NCBI GenBank assembly: GCA_016708845.1
Contig: JADJFB010000018.1
Span: forward strand, 5,018-69,017
Length of the DNA stretch: 64,000 bases
Source: Bacteroidota bacterium
GTDB taxonomy: Bacteria; Bacteroidota; Bacteroidia; B-17B0; Aurantibacillaceae
Direction: 5' to 3'
Shown here: positions 57,639 to 64,000 of the stretch, one piece after another
How the letters are laid out: each line of letters starts with the position of its first letter
How positions within the stretch are numbered: the first letter of the stretch is position 1
Program-made: the position numbers and the translations under genes
Notes under the pieces: generated by a model
The model's database searches: none
Seen by the model: the letters and a program-made list of their open reading frames with translations, nothing else
Told to the model about the DNA's origin: nothing

Positions 57639-60398
57639 TTGCTGCTATTTAAACTGGCAGAAGCAACTCATATTGTTGGTGGTGAAATTTACTATGATTA
57701 TTTAGGAGGGAATAATTATAAAATATCGATGAAGGTATACAGGGACTGTATAAATGGTGTTCCACCATTTGACGGCTTCCCTGATGGTTTTGGAAATATT
57801 ATTCCAGCATATTTTACCATATATGATGTGTTTGATAATCCAATTATCTCGAGTACGTTTAATGCAATTTCTTTTTCAACAGTTCCTCCCACCAATAACA
57901 GTCCTTGTGCTCCAACTACTGCAGGCAATGCTTGCGTGGAAGAAGCCTTGTATGAAAAAATAGTGAACTTACCTCCTTCTGTTGGAGGATATTATGTCGT
58001 TTACCAGAGATGTTGTAGAAATGGGACAATATTGAATTTGGTAAATCCAGGAACTGTTGGCGCTTCGTATTGGGAACATATTCCTGGTCCGGAGGTCGTG
58101 TCGAGTAATAATAGTCCACGTTTTACAAACCGACCTCCAATATATATTTGTGATGGAATTCCAATTGCTTTTAACCATGTTGCATCAGACCCAGATGGAG
58201 ACTCATTAGTTTATAGCTTGTGTGATCCATTTAATGGTTTAGATGCGTGTTGCCCAATTATAAACACAAATCCACCTTTACTGCCGACGGCACAATGTTC
58301 TAATCCACCTTCTTCTTGTCCAAACGTTAATACGCCGCAACCATACATAAGTGTACCATTTATTGCTCCTTATAGTTCATCTTACCCAATGGCATCAAGT
58401 CCAGCTATTAATATAAATCCTAGCACTGGATTTTTAGATGGGGTTCCAAATATTCAAGGGCAGTGGGTTGTTGGGGTTTGTGTGAGTGAATATAGAAACG
58501 GGCAATTGATTGGCGTCCATCATCGCGATTTTCAATTTAATGTTATTCCCTGTCCATTTGTGGTTGTAGCAGATATTATATCTCAAACCACTACAAATAA
58601 TGGGCAAGGCACAGGATATTGTAATGGTTTTACCATATCCTACTCCAATAATAGTTATAATGGAACTAGTTACCTTTGGAACTTTGGCGATCCAAATACA
58701 TTGGCAGATACATCTAACGCTTACAACCCTACTTATACCTTCCCTTCGCCGGGAACCTACACAGTTACTTTGATTGTTAATCCAAATAGTGCATGTAGAG
58801 ATACTGCCTACGAAGTTTTTAATGTTAACCCTTTACTTACTCCCGATTATCTAGCCCCATCTGCGCAATGTTTAAATGGCAATAGTTTTAACTTTAATGG
58901 AGGCGGTATCTTTCAAGGAAATGGAACATTTAATTGGAACTTTGGAGTAAATGCGACTCCACAAACCGCCAATACGGCAACTGTTAATAATGTATCTTTT
59001 AATACGCCAGGAGATTACCCTGTTGTTTTCACTGTATCCGAAAACGGTTGCACCGCAACAGCAACAAAAACCGTTACTGTTTGGGAAAGTCCTGTGGCAT
59101 CTATTGGAACCTATCCAAATTTAGGTTGCGACCCTCTCACCATAAATTTTAATAATACCAGTACTTCCGGAACTCCCTTGTCTATTTTATGGCAGTTTAG
59201 TGATGGCACTATCTCTACAGCACAAAACCCAACTCATGTTTTTACTCCACCAGGTGTATATGGTTTCTCACTCTCAATAAGTACAAATCAAAATTGCGTA
59301 GCAACTAGCCAAATACTTGCTGCAAATAGTATTACCGTAATTACAACTCCAATAGCAGATTTTAATTATGTCTCCGCCTCCAGCTTATGCTTTAATAACA
59401 ATAACTTTTCGTTTACAAATACCTCTCAGCAATTGAGTGCCACTGGAACACTATTTTGGACTTTTGGCGGTCCAGCTTCTACTCAAACATCTACGAGTCA
59501 AACTATATCAAATGTAACCTATAGTGTTGCAGGTTTATACCCCGTGACGTTAGTAGCCACAGACAACAATTGTTCGGATACCACTACTAAAACAATTGAA
59601 CTCTATGAAAATCCAATAGCATCTATAGATCCAATAGTTGCTGTTGGTTGCGACCCTATGTCTATTCGTTTTCTCAACACGAGCACTGCGGCTTCAAACT
59701 TAAGCTATTTATGGAATTTTAGTGATGGAACAAGTTCAACTGAAGCAAGTCCAACTCATATATTTAGTCCGCCAGGTACTTATGATTATACTCTAAGTAT
59801 AAAAACAAACAGCCAATGTATAGATAGTAGTCAAATTGTCTCTGTATCAAGTATAACAGTAAATCCGTCGCCAGTAGCTAGCTTTACCGCAACGCCAATG
59901 GTAACCACTATTTTTGATCCTGATATTTTCTTTTTTAATATGTCCCTTACAACAGATATCGTAAGTTGGTACTATGACTTTGCAGATGGATCTGGATCGT
60001 CAGACGTAAATCCAATTCACACTTATACTACCTGGGGTGATTATTACGTAACTCAAACCATTACTAATTCTTATGCTTGCCCTAATACAACTACTCTATT
60101 AGTTCGTGTTTTACCTGAGTTTAGATTTTGGATACCAAATGCTTTCACACCAGGAAATAAAGATAATTTGAATGACATTTTTAAACCAATCGTTTTTGGC
60201 GTAAAAGACTATACCTTTATGATTTTTGACAGATGGGGGGAATTAATTTATAAAACAAATGATACCGAAGCTGGATGGAATGGCACCTATAAAGGTAAAC
60301 CTTGTACCGACGATGTTTATATTTGGAAATGCGAATTCCAAAACATCGTGTCACAAGAACTAGAATCTCATGTTGGTCATGTGACATTAGTTAGATAA
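57639..60398 (+). CDS. Surface adhesin: THIVGGEIYY N-terminal domain, multiple PKD repeats, T9SS type-B sorting domain
   Basis: PKD repeats (NFSDGT.S....PTH.F..PG.Y). C-terminus IPNAFTPGNKDNLNDIFKP...FDRWGELIY...WNGTYKGK. The signal peptide KKIFKLKTYLIISFLLLFKLAEA is encoded in frame upstream of 57639, from about 57597, without a canonical start codon. Confidence 0.8.
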   Translation: MLLFKLAEATHIVGGEIYYDYLGGNNYKISMKVYRDCINGVPPFDGFPDGFGNIIPAYFTIYDVFDNPIISSTFNAISFSTVPPTNNSPCAPTTAGNACVEEALYEKIVNLPPSVGGYYVVYQRCCRNGTILNLVNPGTVGASYWEHIPGPEVVSSNNSPRFTNRPPIYICDGIPIAFNHVASDPDGDSLVYSLCDPFNGLDACCPIINTNPPLLPTAQCSNPPSSCPNVNTPQPYISVPFIAPYSSSYPMASSPAININPSTGFLDGVPNIQGQWVVGVCVSEYRNGQLIGVHHRDFQFNVIPCPFVVVADIISQTTTNNGQGTGYCNGFTISYSNNSYNGTSYLWNFGDPNTLADTSNAYNPTYTFPSPGTYTVTLIVNPNSACRDTAYEVFNVNPLLTPDYLAPSAQCLNGNSFNFNGGGIFQGNGTFNWNFGVNATPQTANTATVNNVSFNTPGDYPVVFTVSENGCTATATKTVTVWESPVASIGTYPNLGCDPLTINFNNTSTSGTPLSILWQFSDGTISTAQNPTHVFTPPGVYGFSLSISTNQNCVATSQILAANSITVITTPIADFNYVSASSLCFNNNNFSFTNTSQQLSATGTLFWTFGGPASTQTSTSQTISNVTYSVAGLYPVTLVATDNNCSDTTTKTIELYENPIASIDPIVAVGCDPMSIRFLNTSTAASNLSYLWNFSDGTSSTEASPTHIFSPPGTYDYTLSIKTNSQCIDSSQIVSVSSITVNPSPVASFTATPMVTTIFDPDIFFFNMSLTTDIVSWYYDFADGSGSSDVNPIHTYTTWGDYYVTQTITNSYACPNTTTLLVRVLPEFRFWIPNAFTPGNKDNLNDIFKPIVFGVKDYTFMIFDRWGELIYKTNDTEAGWNGTYKGKPCTDDVYIWKCEFQNIVSQELESHVGHVTLVR

Positions 60399-60480
60399 CG
60401 CGCGTTGAATTAATAAATGGTTGTTCATAATCCCTATTACTTTTTTGATTTCATCTAAAAAAATTACTTTCTTTTGTTAG

Positions 60481-62472
60481 GTGAACATTTTATTTACAAA
60501 AATAAGAGACAAGCATGCGCTTTGGTATAAAGGAATTGTATTTGCTTTTTGCGTCGCCGTTTGCACATATCTTCTTCCTAAAAGCAATTCCTCACAAACG
60601 GCACACGTTAACGTTGGAGACGTTTGGTTAAATAATGACTTTATTTCAACAATTGATTTTTTGGTTAAGAAAACAAATGCAGAAATAACTACAGAAAAAA
60701 AAGAGTTAAAAAAACAAATCGTCTATTTTAAAAAAACACCTGGTAACATTAGTGCCTTACTCTCAAATTTATCTAATTTACCTCATAATAAAGCAATAGA
60801 CGTAAAAGTTCTTTTAGACAGTGTGTTTAATGTCGGCATCTATTTTTCAAACCAACAGAATATATATCAAGACTCAGTTATGTATATAGTGAGTAATAAC
60901 GAAGTTGTACTTACCAAAAGACAAAAATTATTTGATAAACAAAAATTAAATCATATTCTATCACAGCAAATTGCTAATAACACTGTTGTAAACGAAATTG
61001 TTTCCCAAATACAGCCAAATATTACTTATGATGAAATATTGTCGAACGAAATGGCAACAGAAGATCCTGAAGTAAATTACATTTATAAGTCTAAAATTGT
61101 AAAAGGCGATGTGTTGTTACATAAAAATGATGTTGTAACAGAGGAACAATCTCAAATTTTAAAAAGCTATCATCAGGCCTTAACCGAACAAGAAATAGAA
61201 ACATCACAACTATCAATTATTATAGGTCAATTTTTAGCTTGTGTTTTAGTATTAGGCATCATGATGTTGTTCTTGGCTTTTTTTAGAAAATCTATTTTCA
61301 GTCAAAACACACAGGTTACGTTTATATTTTTAATCATTTTACTGATTATTATTATTACAAGCATCGTTGCAAAATACAATGTTAACTACATTTATGCCGT
61401 TCCTTTTTGTTTAGTGCCGATATTGATTAGGGTTTTCTTTGATAGCCGAACTTCTCTATTTAATTTTTTAAATATCATTTTAATATGCGCTTTTTTTACC
61501 CCCGATAAATTCGAATTCGTATTTATACAGCTCATTGCTGGTATAGGAACCATATTTAGTGTAGCTGATATGGGCAAGCGCTCTAAATTATTTGTGTCGG
61601 CCTTACTTACTTTTGTGTTCTACGTGTTGGCATTTGTGGCCTACCATTTAATAAATAATACCCCGTTAGCCATTAGTAATATTCAAAGTTATGTACCATT
61701 TTTATTAAGCAGTGTATGTGTCTTATTTTCATTTCCTCTCATTTACATATTTGAAAAATTATTTGGTTTTGTGTCTGACTTTACCTTGTTAGAATTGTGT
61801 GATTTAAATTCACCTTTACTACGTCAACTATCACAAAAAATCCCCGGCACCTTTCAGCACTCACTACAAGTAGCAAATTTAGCTGAAGAGGCTTGTTATA
61901 AAATTGGCGGCAATGCTCTACTAGTAAGAACTGGTGCTATGTATCACGACATTGGAAAAATGAGTAACCCTCGTTTTTTTACCGAAAATCAAGTTGGTGA
62001 GGTCAGCCCACACGAAGATTTATCTGCAGAGGAAAGTGCGCAAATTATTATTGGTCATGTAATTAAGGGTGTAGAAATTGCCAAGGAAAATAAACTGCCG
62101 GAAACCGTGATCGATTTTATCCGAACACATCACGGTACAACAACTACAAGGTATTTCTTATACAACTATAAAAAAGAACACGAAGGAGAAATAATTAACG
62201 AAGATTTATTCAGGTATCCAGGCCCAATTCCGTTTAGCAAAGAAACTGCTATTTTAATGATGGCGGATGGCGTAGAGGCTTCTTCGCGTAGTTTAAAAAA
62301 ATATGATGCTATTGCTATTGACGAGTTGGTAGATAGAATTATCAATCATCAAATAAATGAAAATCAATTTATGAATGCGGATATTACTTTCAGAGATATC
62401 AATCAAATAAAAAAAATATTTAAAAAACGATTGATGAATATTTATCATGTAAGGATTGAGTATCCTAGATAA
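60481..62472 (+). CDS. 7TM-receptor-with-intracellular-HD-hydrolase protein (HDIG domain, PgpH-like)
   Basis: GTG start. Extracellular N-domain, 7 TM helices, then HSLQVANLAEE...YHDIGK...HHG HD-domain motifs. Confidence 0.85.
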   Translation: MNILFTKIRDKHALWYKGIVFAFCVAVCTYLLPKSNSSQTAHVNVGDVWLNNDFISTIDFLVKKTNAEITTEKKELKKQIVYFKKTPGNISALLSNLSNLPHNKAIDVKVLLDSVFNVGIYFSNQQNIYQDSVMYIVSNNEVVLTKRQKLFDKQKLNHILSQQIANNTVVNEIVSQIQPNITYDEILSNEMATEDPEVNYIYKSKIVKGDVLLHKNDVVTEEQSQILKSYHQALTEQEIETSQLSIIIGQFLACVLVLGIMMLFLAFFRKSIFSQNTQVTFIFLIILLIIIITSIVAKYNVNYIYAVPFCLVPILIRVFFDSRTSLFNFLNIILICAFFTPDKFEFVFIQLIAGIGTIFSVADMGKRSKLFVSALLTFVFYVLAFVAYHLINNTPLAISNIQSYVPFLLSSVCVLFSFPLIYIFEKLFGFVSDFTLLELCDLNSPLLRQLSQKIPGTFQHSLQVANLAEEACYKIGGNALLVRTGAMYHDIGKMSNPRFFTENQVGEVSPHEDLSAEESAQIIIGHVIKGVEIAKENKLPETVIDFIRTHHGTTTTRYFLYNYKKEHEGEIINEDLFRYPGPIPFSKETAILMMADGVEASSRSLKKYDAIAIDELVDRIINHQINENQFMNADITFRDINQIKKIFKKRLMNIYHVRIEYPR

Positions 62473-62502
62473 GGGGTTGGCTAAATTAATCAATCAAAAT
62501 AA

Positions 62503-62847
62503 TTAGCTATAAATTTTCTTTAATATATTACAGATTTCAGTCAACTCCTCAACATCAATATCTTTTTCAGGAACAATCTTATAAATTTTCATTTGTTTAC
62601 GCCCTTCAGAAAGAAGCTTTGGGTGGGACACTTGATTACCTTTTACAAAACTGATGTGAACACTCCGTTTCTTTGGGTGGTAATCTATAAAAGCAAACCA
62701 TTTTCCATTAAAATAATAAAAAGGAGTATTAAATTTCCGTTGATGTTGAAGCATCATATCATTCGCTAAAAATTGATGCAGAAATAAAAGAACCGACTGT
62801 TCGGGTTCCGGTAAAGACAAATAATAATTATCTATAATGTCTTCCAA
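62503..62847 (-). CDS. DUF1801 (YdhG-like) domain protein
   Basis: 114-aa ORF with TTG start. Family assignment is from memory of the fold signature and is moderate. Confidence 0.5.
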   Translation of the reverse strand: MEDIIDNYYLSLPEPEQSVLLFLHQFLANDMMLQHQRKFNTPFYYFNGKWFAFIDYHPKKRSVHISFVKGNQVSHPKLLSEGRKQMKIYKIVPEKDIDVEELTEICNILKKIYS

Positions 62848-64000
62848 TTAATAATCTCTATAAAAATTATGAATGCTGGATTTAATTCCAAAATAAATGT
62901 AAGGCGACTGTAACTCATAGTTTAATTCGTCCTTCACACTACGTTGAATATATCCCAACTCAAAACGTAAATTCATTTGAGGAATGGCGTAATAAGTAAA
63001 CTTAATGTCGCTCTGCATAAATTTTAACTTGTTGCCTTGTGTAGTTTTATGTCCGTACTCAAAAGGCCTAGTGACATAGCTAACAAAAACATTTTGCCCT
63101 AAATTAGACCCAAATGCATCCATGCCTATAACCGCTGAAACTCCTTGAAAACTTAACATCCAACGATTTGCTCGATAACTTATAAAAGCTAAATACTCTT
63201 TAAAATTTGCGCCAAAAGGATGTGCTAATGCCTGACCATAATGCGTGTAATTTTGTTGCACACTTCCATGCGTGTAAGTATAAGGTCGTACTTGATTATA
63301 TTCTACTTGCAACGAAAGCCCTTTTACTTTAAAAGCGTTAACATATTTTGCTCCAAATTGCCAGCCTTGTTTGTTAGCCCACCAACCATTTCGTTTTCTT
63401 AATTCTTTAAAGAAAAATTCATCGGCTACTGCTTGCGCATATATCTTTAAACTTTTAAACACTTTAAATGAGGCATTTAATCCCATCATGGAGTTGTCTG
63501 GAGATCCAACCGAATATTCTTGTGGGCGATAAAACACCACTGGATTTAAATAATTGACATCAAAAGTTCTTACACGATTTGTATCAGTTCCTTGCCAAAC
63601 AACGTTTTCAAAAAAAGAAATATTTAAATTTTTAAGCGCGTTGAAACTTAAATAGTGAAAAGTTCCGTATTTGTTTTGCAAACTTTTTTGTGAGCCATCG
63701 TATCTCGAAAAATCTCTCATCCAAGAATACCAAACATTATATTGAATCCTCCAAATATTAGCATTAATACCAAAATAAGGATTAGCTGTTGAAAAATCTG
63801 ACAACAATAACGAGCGGTATCCATCACCAACAAAATGTTTATCGTTACCTGCCTGAAAATTAAATATTTTGTTTGGACTATAGGATACATAGCCAGTTAC
63901 ATTAGAAAAACTGTAACTCCCATCTTTGTTATTAAATGCTCTCCCTAATCCTGTTATTAGTCCTGTGGATTGAACAAGTGTATCTATAAATCCTGGATAA
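62848..64000 (-). CDS. Outer-membrane beta-barrel protein, Wzi/RemB-like, 5'-partial (continues past the window end)
   Basis: The frame is open from 64000 (…AGNDKHFVGDGYRSLLLSDFSTANPYF…) to the stop at 62848. Alternating aromatic strands, ending ...HNFYRDY. The ORF-track start at 63807 is only an internal TTG. Confidence 0.55.
   Translation of the reverse strand, partial: YPGFIDTLVQSTGLITGLGRAFNNKDGSYSFSNVTGYVSYSPNKIFNFQAGNDKHFVGDGYRSLLLSDFSTANPYFGINANIWRIQYNVWYSWMRDFSRYDGSQKSLQNKYGTFHYLSFNALKNLNISFFENVVWQGTDTNRVRTFDVNYLNPVVFYRPQEYSVGSPDNSMMGLNASFKVFKSLKIYAQAVADEFFFKELRKRNGWWANKQGWQFGAKYVNAFKVKGLSLQVEYNQVRPYTYTHGSVQQNYTHYGQALAHPFGANFKEYLAFISYRANRWMLSFQGVSAVIGMDAFGSNLGQNVFVSYVTRPFEYGHKTTQGNKLKFMQSDIKFTYYAIPQMNLRFELGYIQRSVKDELNYELQSPYIYFGIKSSIHNFYRDY

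Noticed and set aside
56200-59900. Periodic nucleotide similarity inside the two adhesin genes
   Set aside because: It is explained by Ig-like and PKD protein-domain repeats. The units are diverged at the DNA level and stay in frame, so this is not a DNA repeat element.

Overview
AT-rich (roughly one-third GC by eye), gene-dense chromosomal segment of a Bacteroidota bacterium. The phylum call rests on many T9SS type-A and type-B C-terminal sorting domains, TAnnTTTG -7 promoter boxes and flavobacterial-type gene content. Genus cannot be assigned from sequence alone. Content is mostly housekeeping genes (pdxA, pepA, xth, ribE, nadB, tRNA-His, ftsX, trmD, hflX) interleaved with secreted or surface proteins. 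A compact, same-strand block at 24.4-35.7 kb (MFS sugar transporter, small acidic unknown, GH20, glycosylasparaginase, CutC, GH2 beta-mannosidase, GH92 alpha-mannosidase) looks like an exo-acting N-glycan core disassembly operon. I see no CRISPR array, transposase, integrase, or recognisable defence or toxin system, and I cannot point to a clear novel multi-gene system. The most unusual items are listed here. (1) A 713-bp ORF6N cassette is bracketed by a 34-bp direct repeat that duplicates the 3' end of hflX. (2) Two short, extremely GC-rich palindromic stretches sit in frame inside coding sequences of this AT-rich genome. (3) An orphan T9SS C-terminal-domain remnant lies upstream of ribE. (4) CutC and an acidic unknown ORF are embedded in the glycan operon. 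(5) Two terminator hairpins share an identical 16-nt core. (6) About 11 of roughly 48 genes are disrupted. Where I could reconstruct the junction, the break falls in a homopolymer run, so assembly error must be excluded before calling them pseudogenes. Coordinates I derived by hand (motifs, repeats, revised starts) may be off by 1-2 nt.
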